In this document: positions 1 through 13,830 of the stretch, in pieces
Layout of the letters: each line of letters begins with the position of its first letter
Numbering within the stretch: position 1 is the stretch's first letter
Origin: Octopus sinensis
Taxonomy: Eukaryota
NCBI RefSeq assembly: GCF_006345805.1
Contig: NC_043006.1
Coordinates: forward strand, 49,724,001 to 49,788,000
DNA: 64,000 nt
Direction of reading: 5' to 3'
Program-made: the position numbers and the translations under genes
The notes under the pieces: generated by a model
The model's database searches: none
Told to the model about the DNA's origin: nothing
What the model saw: only the letters and a program-made list of their open reading frames with translations

Positions 1-680
1 GAAGACAGGCCGTATTTGATTAGTGTAAGAAGGGAGTCACTGAGTTATGCTGAGAGCGAATAACGATATTTTAAACAAATATTTACCGAAAAGCAATGTA
101 AATTAATTCTGGCAAATAATCTCTTTTTATTTTTCACATCTGTTAAACAGTATCTTTTATGAATAAATTAAAGATAGAATTATATCACCGTGTCACCGTG
201 CTCTTAGATTTTGATCCTATGTTTAGTAACATTGAATCAATATCCCCACATGTATTGTTATCTATTCAGAGAATCCTCGGTATTTTAATACTCTTTGTAG
301 GATAGCTAAATGTATCTTCATCCGGAAACCAGGAAAGTATGCGTTTACAACTATTAAAGGATAAATTGCCCAAGATAGTATGTACACGGTAATAACTCAC
401 ATTTAAAAGAAATCATTTTCGTTTGAATTGTGACAAGGCCTAAGGTTATTGGTATCTAGTTTCGAAGTGATGTATAAAAAGTTTGCCTATAGCGAGATTA
501 GTTTCTGTATGCAGCATCCTATTTCATTGTAGAATCTCATCAGCATTAGGTCTTCTCTTAATTAACCAAGTTCATGTCCGGACATGTCTCTCTATATTAG
601 TAAATCGTTATGCCTGAAAATTTCTCATATGACTGCTACAGAGCGTCATTCTAATAACAAAAATAGTATTTATTATCTTA
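1..680 (-). pseudogene. Highly degraded Penelope-like (Naiad-type) RT fragment
   Basis: Minus-strand hand translation across frameshifts gives TNLAI-ANFLYITSKLDTNNLRP...HTILGNLSFNSCKRI. This resembles DTNLTV-NFLDVSLDLNNNIYKPY...HPPIVFKNLVKNISKR of the PLE at 45.5-47.5 kb. Confidence 0.5.
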
Positions 681-1284
681 TACGGGAAAAGTACACAAAA
701 GTGCGTAAAGACAGAAAATTTTTTTACATTCGATGATGGAATTTGATTGGATGCAGAAAAGAAAAAGTTATATATATATATATATAATATATATATATAT
801 ATAATATATATATATATATATAATATATATATATATATAATATATATTCATTTGGACCTGATTTACAACAACTGAATAGAGTAAGAAGGAAGTTAAAGAC
901 AAATGGTATAAAAATTATCGGGAAAGCAATTTCGGAAATAGATTTTGATTGAAGTTGAAATCATATATACAATAATCAATATAATTTACATTAAACCATT
1001 CCATGAATTGGCCCAATGGGTTATTTATTCATGTGTCAGATTTGTACACACAAACACATACAACATAACACATGCGCGCGCACATACACACACACTCACA
1101 TATATGACCATATGTACTGTACATTTATACATACATGTATACCCACATGTACATGTATGTGTTTACAAACACACATACACACAGAGACATATATGTGTGT
1201 GTGTGTGTGTGTGCATCCCTACGTACATGTATACACATATATATAGGTACAGACGTTCACTGGGAGGTGAGAAAGTAGAAACAG

Positions 1285-1320
1285 CTTTGAAGTTTCGAGC
1301 ATAAGCTCTTCTTCAGAAAG
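1285..1320 (-). ncRNA. Minimal type I hammerhead motif in a short pLTR-like repeat
   Basis: Minus strand reads CTTT-CTGAAGA-A-GAGC(TTAT)GCTC-GAAAC-TTC-AAAG: stem I CTTT/AAAG, core CUGANGA, stem II, GAAA. The cleavage-site G is mutated to T. Confidence 0.6.
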
Positions 1321-1673
1321 TTAGATATATAGACAGGGGGTAAAGTGTACAGGAAGAAAGAAAACTCTGGAGTAAAGGGGAAATACGTGTTGCTCTGAAC
1401 ATGTTTACTTGAAGTTGCCTTTCATGTACGCACGTACGCATACATGCATATATAAACATATATGTGCATTCAAACATATGCTTTCTCACATACCTTTATA
1501 CATGCATGTCTATATCAACACTTGTATTCACTCATATGTATATATATTCGTATATTCGATCACACAAATATCTACAGGCAACGTTCATACATTCCATTCG
1601 TAGTTGCACAATGTGCTCAGTTATAAAATATGATTGAGTGCATTAAATAACAATAATGATGATGATGATAATA

Positions 1674-2237
1674 ATGCCCTGATGCAGTACCAGGCAGTGG
1701 CTCTCATGGCTTCTGATCTTAACTGATTGGAGGTGTTATCATGTACATTGTTTTGTTTTGGTATAAAAGATGGGCTACAGCAAATATTCTGCTCAATACC
1801 ACAGATTTGCTCGTCAGTTGTTTGACCATAACCAGTTGAACGTGTCCCTTAGTGGCTGACGATATGTGCACCTCTGATCACAAGCAGAAGTAGTGGGGGA
1901 GCATCATAGCCATGTGTTGAGAGGGATTCTTTCGGGTTTGAATAGTTCACCTCTGGAAACATGGGTGGTTCTTTCAACATCCTTAAACAACCCTTATTCA
2001 GGGACCTTTTGAGCGGGATGGGTTACTCGACCAGAAGAACATTTTAACTGGGCCCCACCTGCAAGGTCATGTGCTGTTTATCTTGATATGAGATCACCAT
2101 GTCGCGCACATATGGTTGTGATGCATGTGCCTATGAGCCTAGTGTACCCTTATCAGACGGGTAGTCATGATGGGTATGCTGGGCTTCGTATATTTTACCC
2201 CAGTGTCACTTTGATGACATGCACTGCTCTCTCACTC
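1674..2237 (+). mobile_element. ~560-bp non-coding retroposed repeat ending in (AAT)n (probable 3' UTR or SINE partner of an R4/Dong LINE), copy 1
   Basis: Near-identical reverse-complement copies at 14421-14960 and 15779-16250. All end ...CTCTCTCACTC followed by (AAT)n. Confidence 0.75.
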
Positions 2238-2283
<46 letters not shown>

Positions 2284-2300
2284 TAATAATAATAATAATA

Positions 2301-2915
2301 AAGAACAGGTGATGAAGCACTAACAACAGAAAGTACAAGACTGAAATGCAACGAGAGCAAGTCAGACAGATCGAAGATCGCATCGGACACCTCAGCATGG
2401 CCAATTTTGGAGAGCCACCGAAGACATGTGGAACAAAATCCAAGGTTTGGTTAAAAAATGGAGAATTAAAAAGAGAAGCAGAGAGCCTACTTGTAGCAGC
2501 CCAAGATCAAGCGATAAAAACAAACAACTTGAGAAAAAATATATAGAGAGAGAATGTGTCAGAAAAACGTAGAGCCTGTGGAATTTGGTACGAGACAGTG
2601 GCATACATTGTGATGGAATGCCCCAAGTTGGCACAGGAAGAATATAAGAAATGGAGGCACGATCAGGTTGTAAAAGTTATACAGTGGAAAATGGCGGTTT
2701 GAAGCTGGAAACACATGGTACAATCATCAAGTCGAAAGAGTACTGGAGTCGGAGAGATGTAAGATTTTGTGGAACTTTTCTATTCAAACGGACAAGAAAT
2801 TAGAAAATAATAGACTATACATAACGATTGTAGATAAGGAAAAGCGAAGTTGCTTACTTATCGACCAATCATGCCTGTTTGATTCCAGTATCGCAAAGAA
2901 AGAGGAAGAAAAACA
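2301..2915 (+). mobile_element. Degraded R4/Dong LINE 3' fragment (zinc knuckle plus RLE)
   Basis: WLKNGELKREAESLLVAAQDQAIKTNN; then ETVAYIVMECPKLAQEEYKKWRHD and KILWNFSIQTDKKLENNR. Starts in an (AAT)n run. Confidence 0.8.
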
Positions 2916-3086
2916 GGATTCAATCCTAGCATCCCAAGACTAGAGTCTCCTCACCCGGAACTATCAAGCTAACGTTACACACAATGAGATAGACACAAAG
3001 CGTAGACTCTGAATTGACAAACCTGAGAATATTGACTACATTGTTGCCGCCGGTTGCTCAGTCGTTGCCCCAACAGAATATAAAAC

Positions 3087-5045
3087 TGTTGTGGAAGGGT
3101 TCTGACCACCCCAATAAGTGACTAAATGTGCGATTGGCAGTTCGTGTTAGTAGCAGTTCACTGTGAGCTTTTGATAATGAGCGTTGAATCTCGTGTAATA
3201 GTATTGATATTGTGTCGCGTACACACTTTCTTTCCCTGCTTCGTTATATTATATGTCCAATACAAGGATATGAAAGTAGCGGCGAGTTGTTCAAAGCTTG
3301 TGTTGGACGTTTAAAATTTATTTTTGAAACGAAATCAAAGAAAAAATTGTTTTAACATGAAAGAGCAATTGGCCTCCGTGGTGCAGTTGCAACAGCAACA
3401 GCAGCAACAACAACAATGATTACAACAGTAAAAACAACAAAACCAACACTTCCTGGAATTAATGTTCAAGGGGTCTGAAAATACTTCAGGTTCTTACTCG
3501 CTGGACAGCAAAGCAAATTCAATTGAAGAATTCAGCTATAAACCAGAAGATGGGATTATCTTCTCTGCATATTTTCGTAGGTACGAAGAAATCTTCAAAG
3601 AAGAGTGTAAAAGTTGGTCTGACGAGAAAAAAGTACTACTTTTAAGAAAGTTATCCTTTGCCGAATACGAAAAATATACCGAAGAAGCCAGGTGAGATTT
3701 GTTTCGATGAATCAATTAATATTTTATTGAAACTTTTCAGTGAAAGAAAACCCTGTTCAATACTCGCTGGCAGAAAGATGATGAAGATTTCGTTACTTAT
3801 GCCGGAGTAGCTAACAGAGTGTGTGAGAAGTTGAAATTGAATGAGTTGACCCTGGACATGTTCAAGTCTTTAATTTTTGTTCAAGGGAGTACTGCAAACA
3901 AAGATGCAGATATACGTTCCGGGATACTAACAAAATTAGAACAGGACCAAAATACAACTCTGCAGGTAATAGCAGAAGAATATTAGTGGGTTATTAATCT
4001 ACGACATGACGCAAATAAAATTGAAGAGAAATATTGCTTTCAAGTATGTCAACCGGTAACGAATAAGAAACAAGAGAAAAAAACATCAAAACCGAATCCA
4101 TATTATGGTGCGGTGGTCTACATTTTAAAAATAACTGCCCGTTTAATTTTTTTATGCTACAAATGTAGTAAAATAGGCTATAAAAAGTCGTATTGTAGGA
4201 CAGAACATAAATAACGGTTCAACCTAAATAACATATTATCGTTGACAAAATTATACGAACGAGTCTCAAAGAAAATTTGTGTATGTAAAAATTAGTGACA
4301 TAAATGTAAAGTTTCAAGTGGATACAGGCAGCAAAAATTAACACAGATACATGAGAAAAGATTGGAGGAGCTAAATAAATGAAGCCTGGAAAATTCCCTG
4401 TGGTGTTTCAGGAGAAAAATTATATTTTAAGGGCGAATTGATAAGTAGCATTACATTTCGTGAAAAAACCTTAAAAGCTATAGTTTTTGTGCTAAATAAT
4501 ACAAATTTGTTCGGTACTGACTGGATTAACTTATGGGACCTCCCCATAATTCTCTTCTGTAAGAATGTAAATGGTTTTCCGTCCAGTACAAATGAATCGT
4601 CAGACGTATTCAAAGAAATTTTTTTTAATATTTTACCTGAGGTACTGTCCGATCAGTTAGGTCTGTGTACCAAAACGAAGGCATGGTTTCAAATATAAGA
4701 AAACGCCATACCGACATTTGAACAAAAACAAGCGGTACCGTTTGCAGCGTTAGAACAGATAAGCCTAGGATTAGAGAGACTAGAAAAAATTGGAGTTATC
4801 CAAAAAGTGGAATACACTGAATGGACAGCACTAACTATATTCGTTAAGAAAAAGAATAATTAAATCAGAGTGTGCTGATTTTCCCACTGGAATTGAACTC
4901 TATGCGTAAGAGATATTAAAACTCGGAGCGGAGTTCAATTCTCAAAAGGGGAGAAGATAGGGAAGACTGATTCTAAAAAGGGGAGATGTTGTGGGAGGAT
5001 TCTGCTCCCCATCTCCGAGTGACTAAAAAGTGGACTGGCACATTG
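3087..5045 (+). mobile_element. Internally deleted Ty3/Gypsy LTR retrotransposon (gag, protease and RT start only)
   Basis: 5' LTR TGTTGTGG...AATACA (3087-3263) and a PBS-like TAGCGGCGAG. Gag ANSIEEFSYKPEDGIIFSAYFRRYEEIF, protease KFQVDTGS (~4310), RT start VKKKNN*IRVC. PPT AAAAAGGGGAGA precedes a diverged, truncated 3' LTR from 4987. Confidence 0.8.
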
Positions 5046-5460
5046 TTATAAAATAGGCTGCTTATAGAGATAGAGAAATTAAGGCTAATCGGCCAGATAT
5101 AGTTGTCAGAGATCACCAAGAAAAAATGCTTTCTAACTAATATATCAATATCGACAGATGACAATGTTTCTCTAAAAGAAACGGAGAAACCTAGAAATAG
5201 CGGTAATTCGAATGTGGAGCCTAAAAACAGAAACAATTTCTATAATAGTAGGCATGTTAGCTTTGATAAAAAACAACAACACATAATCAAAATACCAGGA
5301 CTCAAAAGAGCATATAACAGAGAAAATAGCACTACTAGGCACCACATATATCTTCCGTAAAGCTCTTTCAAGACAGGGAAATTAACAACACCACAAGAAA
5401 ACATAGCATATATTTAAGGGACGCAGAGCTGCACTTGGTAGTGCACAGAAAGCCCTTAAT
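5046..5460 (+). mobile_element. Degraded R4/Dong 3' fragment (RLE remnant plus 3' UTR)
   Basis: DREIKANRPDIVV motif at ~5070-5110; ends just before a long (AAT)n tract. Confidence 0.6.
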
Positions 5461-5473
5461 AAAAATAAGACTA

Positions 5474-5583
<110 letters not shown>

Positions 5584-5600
5584 TAATAATAATAATAATA

Positions 5601-6310
5601 AGGACCACCTAATCTCTGGATGTAAAGTCTTAGCACCAGTGGAGTATAAATTAAGACATGACAGAGTTGGCCAATATCTCCACCGGCTAATAAGTCGGCA
5701 TTACAATATCAAAACTGCCGACAAGTGGTATAATCACCACCCTGAGGCTGTAACTGAAGGAGAAAATGTAACCATTCTGTGGGACTTTCCAGTACATACA
5801 GACCGAACCATCAAGGCCAATAAACCAGATATTGTTGTGAAAGACCAAAACAATAAAGTTTGCTTATTGATCGACATGAGCATCCCCTGTGATCATAATA
5901 TCTCAGCGAAAGAGTTTGACAAGCTCAGAAAATATAAAGACCTACTCATTGAAATTGAGAAAATGTGGCATCTCAAGGCGGTTACAATACCAGTGATCGT
6001 AGGAGCACTAGGAATGATCAAGAAGGGAACCGAAAATTATATGAGAATGATTCCTGGCTTACCATCCCTGCAAGAAGTGCAAAAGATTGTCTTAACTGGT
6101 ACATCACACGTATTGAGAAGAGCATTGTCGATGTGAGAACTGTTGCTGCTCATGTATTTTAATTTAACTTTAAAAAAAAAAAAAAAATGAACGAACTACT
6201 GAGTTTGGTTTAATGGCCTACCAATGTATACTATGAGTTTCTTTGCCCTAGGAGTCGGGAAGACACTCGGCAAGAAATGATAGCAAATTTGAAAGAAGAA
6301 GAATTAAAGG
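5601..6310 (+). mobile_element. Young 5'-truncated R4/Dong LINE (RLE domain plus 3' UTR) inside (TAA)n
   Basis: Clean frame 5601-6136: DHLISGC, RHD, LWDFPVHTDRTIKANKPDIVV...LIDMSIP, IVGALG (PD-(D/E)xK RLE). Flanked by (AAT)n on both sides; the 3' UTR recurs inverted at 15061-15222. Confidence 0.92.
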
Positions 6311-6336
6311 TAATAATAATAATAATAATAATAACA

Positions 6337-6390
<54 letters not shown>

Positions 6391-6632
6391 TAACCTCAAG
6401 GTTTAAAACAACCATAATTTTCGGTTTAAAAAAAAAAAAAAAAAACTTTTTTTTTTAGACATTCATTAGTACAACATCCCCACCCCCCAAATATATGGCA
6501 CACTAGGCATAACAACAACATGAACTTCCAACCCTGTTGTCTCTTGAGGTCTCTGGGTGAGACTTGGAGCCAACTTGTACAAATATAAAGCAAAAGTCAA
6601 ACATAGAATAATAATAATAATAATAATAATCC

Positions 6633-6840
6633 TATCTACTGGAAGCACAAGGCCTCAAATTTGGGGGAAGGGATTAAGTTGATTATATCGATCCCAGTAC
6701 GTAACTGGTATTTATTTGATTGACCCCCGAAAGGATGAAGGGCAAAGTGGACCTCGGCGGAATTTGAACTAAGAACGTAGCGGCAAACGAAATACCGCTA
6801 AGCATTTCGTCCGGTGTGCTAACGATTCAGCCTGCTTACC
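6633..6840 (-). mobile_element. SINE with GCCTTTCATCCTTTCGGGGTCGA core (Meta/MESC-like domain)
   Basis: Matches copies at 14060-14278, 24597-24815, 37.5-39.8 kb and 50690-50922. Confidence 0.8.
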
Positions 6841-6877
6841 GACTTATAATAACAACAACAACAACAACAACAACAAC

Positions 6878-6925
<48 letters not shown>

Positions 6926-7291
6926 TGTTATCATTCTTATTATCATTTTCACTAGAATCATCTTTCAATTCTGTTTCCATTTCTTGCCGAGTGTCTTCCT
7001 GACAGCATAATTTGGTAGGTGCAACAAGCACACCAGATTGTTCGTTTACAGTGTCATGTGATAGAGAAAATGGGGAAGATAGAGAAAAAGGGAAAAAATA
7101 AAAAATAGAAAACTAAACAAATAAGCGCAGAAGTGGCTGTATGCTAAGTAGCTTGCTTAACAACCACATGGTTCCGGGTTCAGTCACACTGCATGGCACC
7201 TTGAGGAAGTGTATTCTACAATAGCCCCGGCCCGACCAAAGCCTTGTGGGTGGATTTGGTAGACAGAAGCTGAAAGAAAAAGAAGTCCTTC

Positions 7292-7335
<44 letters not shown>

Positions 7336-7438
7336 AATGTGAGGATAAAATTCTTTTCGAAAAAAAATATTTTCTCGAAAAAAATCTTATCAATGGCCAG
7401 CATATTAAAAAATACCTTTAACGGTTAAATTTATAAAC

Positions 7439-8127
7439 AATTCATAAATGAGGGCAAAGGAAAAAAATTCTAATGCCAAATATGCCGAAAACTTGGACAT
7501 ATTGTCCATTAACCATATAATTTTTTCACAATACGCACGCTACTCAAAAAAAGGCTGACAGAAATTTCTAAAAAATTCCATTATTACCATATCGGACCGA
7601 TTTCAGAGTTAGCTACTAAGAGCCCTCTCTTCGTCAGTAATACATGTGGCAAAAGAAATAAATGAGATACTTACTCATACCCATGGAAGAAGCAAATACT
7701 AAGTCACAGGCACAACTAAGTACCCCAAATACATCCAAAATAGAAATACTCCAGCCCATTCGAGGCACGTGCGATTTGAACTGAGGCTCTCACAGAGTGA
7801 GTTAGTTAGTTCGGGCTGGAGTATTTCTATTTTGGATGTATTTGGGGTACTTAGTTGTGCCTGTGACTTAGTATTTGCTTCTTCCATGGGTATGAGTAAG
7901 TATCTCATTTATTTCTTTTGCCACATGTATCACTGACGAAGAGAGGGCTCTTAGTAGCTAACTCTGAAATCGGTCCGATATGGTAATAATGGAATTTTTT
8001 AGAAATTTCTGTCAGCCTTTTTTCGAGTAGCGTGCGTATTGTGAAAAAATTATATGGTTAATGGACAATATGTCCAATTTTTCGGCATATTTGGCATTAT
8101 AATTTTTTTCCTTTGCCCTCATTTATG

Positions 8128-8131
<4 letters not shown>
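7439..8131. repeat. Near-perfect inverted repeat (~318-bp arms, ~55-bp spacer), inverted pLTR pair
   Basis: 7439-7757 is the reverse complement of 7813-8131 with only a few substitutions; the element lies within (TA)n. Confidence 0.95.
7928..7985 (+). ncRNA. Type I hammerhead ribozyme motif (mirror copy at 7585-7642 on minus)
   Basis: TATCA-CTGACGA-AGAG...CTCT-GAAA-TCGGTCCGA-TA-TGGTA: stem I TATCA/TGGTA, quasi-palindromic stem III ATCGGTCCGAT, AUA cleavage triplet. Confidence 0.8.
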
Positions 8132-8210
<79 letters not shown>

Positions 8211-8459
8211 TGTATGTATGTATGTATGTATGTGTATATGTTTGTGCGTGTGTTTTTCCCCCAACATCACTTGACAACCGATGCTGATGTGTTTACGTCC
8301 ACGTAACTTAGCGGTTCAGCAAAAGGTACCGATAGAATAATTACTAGGCTTTCATGTCCTGGGGTCAGTTCGTTCGACTAAAAGCGGTGCTCTAGCATGG
8401 CAGCAGTCAAATGACTGAAACAAGTAAAAAAATAAATAAAATAAAGGGTGGAAAAGGAA

Positions 8460-11400
8460 GAAACTTTACAGCGACAATGCTCTTCTAAATACATGTGACG
8501 TACCAGTTAAAACAATCTTTTGCACTTCCTGCATGGATGGGAAGCCAGGGATCAGTCTTAAATAATTTTCAGTTCCATTTTTGATCATCCCAAGTGCTCC
8601 TACAATCACTGGTATTGTAACCGTCATGAGATGCACATATTTTCGATTTTGATTAGCATATCTTTATATTTTCTGTGCTTAACAAATTCTTCTGCCGAAA
8701 TATTATGGCTATAAGGTATGCACATGTCAATCAATAAACTTACTTTATTGCTTTTTTCTTTCACAATAATATCTGGTTTATTTGCCTTGATGGTCCGTTC
8801 TGTACACACTGGAAATCCCAAAGAATAGTTACATTTTTTTCCTTCAGTTACAGCCTCAGGGTGATGTTTGTACCATTTGTCAGCAGTTTTGATTTTATAA
8901 TGCCGACACATTATCCAATGTAGATATTGACCAACTCTGTCATGTCTTGATTTGTACTCTACAGGTGCTAAAACCTTACATCCACAAATTAGATGATCGA
9001 CTGTTTCTAATCCATCGTTGCAGTATCGGCACTTTGGGTCTACACCATTTTTCATCACATTGGCTTGACAGTTCTGGATCAATAAGCTCTGATCTTTGGC
9101 AACCAAGATAAAGCCTTCGCTCTCTGCATTTAGCCCTGAGTACTGTAGCAACAGATGGGTGTGCTTCTGGGCTACATCAGCTTGTTTGCTACGGGCCACA
9201 TATTAGCCATGCAGAGGTTTTTGTTCCTACCTATTAGTCAATTGTTCAAACGCATTTTGCTTTTTTATTGATTTCACCTTCTTTGCAACTACAGATATTG
9301 CACTTACCTCATGCTGTTCAATTTAGGTATTATGCATAAACTCACTTGAAAATGTTTTGCTCTCCTTCATAACAGAATGAAGCTTCTTACGTCTTTTATG
9401 GTTTTCAACGAGTTTAGCATCCAGTCGTTAGATATTTCAAGATATTTTGCCAGTCCAATTGTGGTGGTTTTGTAGGAGATTTAAAACTGGATCAAGTCTC
9501 GACTTCCTCGAGCTCTCGGTAGGTAAAGATGATCTGCGTTTGCCTTTGGGTGGTGCATCTTATTGCAAGTCGGCAGCTTACGGATTTTCGTGTCAATCTT
9601 CCTTATTTCGCTCATATTTCAGTTCAACACATTGAAACCGTAAATAACAACAGGAACTGCTAGGAAATTTATAGCTAACATCTTGTTACGCGCAATTAAC
9701 TCGGATTTTAGGACTGCTCGAACTCTCCTGTAACACTCCTTCCTGATCTTCTCTTTCATACTTGCATGTTGAATGCCAGAGCCCTCATTTATTCTGAGGT
9801 ATTTGTAAGTTTGTTCCTGCTCAAGTTCTTTTATGACTGTGTCAACATCCAACACCACCGAATGTGAGGTCTTCACTTTCGCCTTCTGGAAAGTGGCCTT
9901 GGCACATTTATCAAGACCAAATTCTATCCCAATGTCATCAATGAATGCGTTCACAGTACATAGTAGTCCTTCAAGCTCATAATCATGTTTGCCATAGAGT
10001 TTTAAGTCATCCATATAAAATAGATGACTTATTTTCTTGACGCCAATTTTACATCCATACCCTTTTCTGTTGAGTTTACTTGTAAATTAAAGGTGAAAGT
10101 GAGTCACCTTGGAAAATGTTGCAGTTTATATTAATATTTTTTGTGGTCAGTACTCCATTAGAGTGGTATAATTGGAGATTTGCATTCCACATTGACATGC
10201 TGTGCTTCAGGAAGCCTGAAATCACGAGAAATTTCGAAGATATCCAGCGATTTCAAGACCAATGAATGCAGTATGCTGTCAAAGACAGTTTTATAATCAA
10301 TCCATGCAGAACTGAGATTTCTGCGCTTGTTATGACAGTTCTCAAGGATCTTGCGATTGATTAACAGTTAGTCTTTGCATCCATATGAGCGTCGTCGGCA
10401 CCCTTTTTGTTCAGTGAGGAAAATATCGTTCTGTTCCATAAATGTGTATGTTTTCTCCATGAGGATGGATGCTAAAATTTTATACGTGGTAGATGGACAT
10501 GTTATGGGCCGATAGTTTTGGGGAAATTTGCTTTCATTATTCTTCAGCAGTTGGTAACCAATCGGGTGTTTTCGCAGGATCTCTCATAATTTCATTGAAT
10601 AACTGGAGTAACTTTTCGTGGGCGCACGGGAGTGAGGCGAGCTAGAAATTTGGCAGCCTCTCATTACCAGTAGATTTCTACTTATCAGCCTTCGTAAGTG
10701 TCATTCTTAGGTCTGTTATTGTGATGTCTTCCCATCACAATTTTTGTTACGTTTTGGTAGGATCTTTCTGTATGTCTAATCCAGTCTGCGTTTTCATTGT
10801 ATGTCTTTTCTTCAGATAATTTTCCAGAAGTTTTCATCTTCTTGCATGGCAGGTGGGGGGGGGGTCTTCAACGGATATTTTCTCCTTCCCTATTTCTCTA
10901 TAGAATGTTTTCGCATTGGATATGAACAGCTTATCTTGTAATTTTTTTTCTCTTCCCAAATCTTCCTTTTCTTTGAGATTTTGCTTGGACTTTTTGTTGC
11001 AGTGTTTCTTTCCCTGAAAGTAGTTCTTCTCTTGATGAGAATCTGTTTTCTCTACATCTTTCTTCCTTTTCTGGTTTTTACATTGTTTCCATAAATTGGT
11101 TCATTCAATATTGGTATTTCACCTCTCATTATTTCAATCTCTTTTTTAATTTTACTTTTCCATTTTGGAATTCTCCTTAAGTTTGTATTTCTTTGTTTTT
11201 TCAGAGGCATACAACTGGTTTCAATTGTCTTAGCAGCTGCGTAAATAGTTTCATTTAATTCAGTGAGATCTGGTTATAGTTATTATATAATTTCCTTTGT
11301 TACATAGTTTCCATTTTTAATTTGTTTTCTATTTTGGATTGTATTTGAGAGCTTATAAAGTCGTTCTCTGTCATGTATATTAGTGTGTCTTACAACTGCA

Positions 11401-12200
11401 AGCTTATTCAGGATTTTCTGCTTCAGTTCTATCACAGACTCTCTGTGTTCTTCAGTAAATGAGTAGTCTTCAAATATTGTTTCTTTACCATTTTCCTCGC
11501 TATATTTATCAGGTTCATTACAATTTATTTTCTTCAGACGCTTACGTGTTCTAGTCAGATGACAGTCTTTCAATTGAGACTCGAGGAGAGTTGCTCTCTT
11601 CGCCTGGTTTTTCATTTCCTTGTTATCTTATATTTAGGTCATTTTCCGCTGCGAGTCCTTTATTTCTGAGGATATTCCTCCTAACATTTGCTAACTTGGT
11701 TTCGTCCAAATATAGTTTGCTGTCTTGATTTCGTGTTCTCCTTATTTGATAAGCATGTGCAGTGTGTTTCTCTTCAGATGGTCTACCTAACGCATAATAA
11801 TAGGCGTATATTACTTCTGTATACTCTTTTCAGGTCCATTTGATCCTCCTACATTTTCTTTCTGTGGTAGGAGTGGTGGTGGACTTGGAGGGTTCGAGTT
11901 GGGGCAGTTCCCGTTCAAGTGACCATCCAGGTTCGTATTCAGGGAAGAGTTTGTGCCAGTGGATGACTTTTCGACCCCAGGCTGGCTCTCTCCTGGGGGT
12001 CGCGCTTCCAGATTAACCATAGGACAAGCGATTTGGTGAACTGTTGTAGTTTTCCTTTGTGTTTCGTTAGACATATTTGTGCTACGTTAAAATTATTAGT
12101 ATTAAGCCTTGTATTGTGGCAGATGTAGAGACGGTTGTTGTCTCTGCCACTATTGTCGACTCCGCCATTAATACCGTTGCAGTTACTTTGACCTTGTTAT
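8460..12200 (-). mobile_element. Near full-length but decayed R4/Dong non-LTR retrotransposon (RT plus zinc knuckle plus RLE)
   Basis: N-terminus YAYYYALGRPS...KLANVRRNIL; RT motifs NYRPITC, EQKGCRR, WIDYKTVFDS, FQGDSLSP, YMDDLKLY; CRYC...ETVDHLICGC, RHD, KPDII. Many stops and frameshifts. Confidence 0.92.
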
Positions 12201-12635
12201 TACAGCATTGTTCATCGTTAGCTACCACCATAGTACATTGATCTGTATAGTTGTGGCTAACTTTTGTAGCCATGGTGATAGTATAGACATTATTTATTTA
12301 AATCTGTCACCTTTGCTACTACTATTATGTGGTATTATTAAATGTTTAGTTTCAACTGTGGTCATGTACTTGAGATAATCAAATATGTGAGATTTGAAGG
12401 GAATAGTAGGAGGAAGAGAAACAGCTTCATGACTAGATCAAATTCCACAGGTCTGTAAATAGATTTGGTAGATGGTGAGGAGATCAGCAATGGGCATTCC
12501 TGCGCGGTAACAGAGGTCAAATGTTTACTACTACTAACGATCAATGACAGCGCTGATCTTAACCTTGTAAAGAACCAATTCACCTATTTTTAATTACTGA
12601 TAGAAAATAACAATAATAATAATAATATAATAATA

Positions 12636-12722
<87 letters not shown>

Positions 12723-12744
12723 TATATATATATATATAATATAT

Positions 12745-12780
<36 letters not shown>

Positions 12781-13419
12781 CTAATGTTAACATCATTGGA
12801 TTTTTAAATTTCTGGATTGTCTTTTCAAAATTTTTCTTATCTTTTTATTAGTTTTACTGTGGTTTACAGTTTTTGTAATTGGGATCTAGTTAGTTTCATT
12901 CGCAAAATAAGCCCCCTTTATATATTAATATAACAAATTTTAAAAAATAATAAAAACATACAATCAATGAAGAGACAAAAGAAACAGTAAGATGATACAA
13001 GTTGATTTTATTAGGTATTTCTGTTTAGTTAGAAATCTACAATAAAATTAGGTGTTTCTGTTTGTTCAGAAAACAACAATGAACAGGTCATTTCACAGAC
13101 GATACACTATAAATTTCACAGGATACAACCTTAAAGTTGACACCGCTTCGCTAAACGCAGAAACTTTCTGTTTCACTATTGGTTAAAAATACACAGTTTT
13201 TTCTTTTCGATTTCTAAACCTCTGTAACTTCCTCCAATTTTTTTTTTCTCCACAACATCATAACTTCATAGCAATAAGACTGGAAAAGTACATTATTATT
13301 GCCAATTTTCAGATTTTTTACTTCCTTTTAAAAATTGCATATTTTGTGAATCAGTTTAACTAGATCCTGCAATTGTACTGTTTGTATATAGTGGCAGGTG
13401 CTTAATGCCGTGCATTTAA

Positions 13420-13830
13420 TTGTGTTCTTGCAATAAAAGATATGTTTACATATTCGGGTAGTAAGGGAGAAAAGAAAGGTAAACTTTTCACACAAAATTG
13501 TAGATATCAATATTTTAAAATTTTATAGAGATTATCTTTTGAATGTACGATCAGAGAAGACTGTAGTGTTTTTGCAATAAAAAGGATGTTTACATTTTCG
13601 AATACTCAGGGAGAAAGGAAAGGAAAGAAAAGGAGGGTAAAATTTTCACAGAAAATTGTAGGTATTATAGTTTTAAAATTTACTAAAGATGATCTTTTGT
13701 GTGTCCAAAGAGAGAAAACTGTAGTGTTCTTAGAATAATAAAAAAAGGACGTTTACATTTTCGAATACTCAGGTAGAGAGGAAAGGATAGATGTTCACAG
13801 AAGTTGTAGATATTAAAGTTTTTAAAGCTT
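13420..13830. repeat. Degenerate tandem repeat, ~3 units of ~145-160 bp
   Basis: Recurring GTGTT(C/T)TT...AATAA...GTTTACAT(A/T)TTCG...TTCACA...TTGTAG at ~13420, ~13565 and ~13725. Confidence 0.7.

Larger units (their letters stand above)
7124..8440 (+). mobile_element. tRNA-derived SINE with internal microsatellite, split by a palindromic insertion
   Basis: Head GCGCAGAAGTGGCTGT...GGTTCAGTC at 7124-7292 and tail 8236-8440. Same family as 63070-63958, 33200-33495, 20710-21140 and 32380-32525. Confidence 0.8.
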
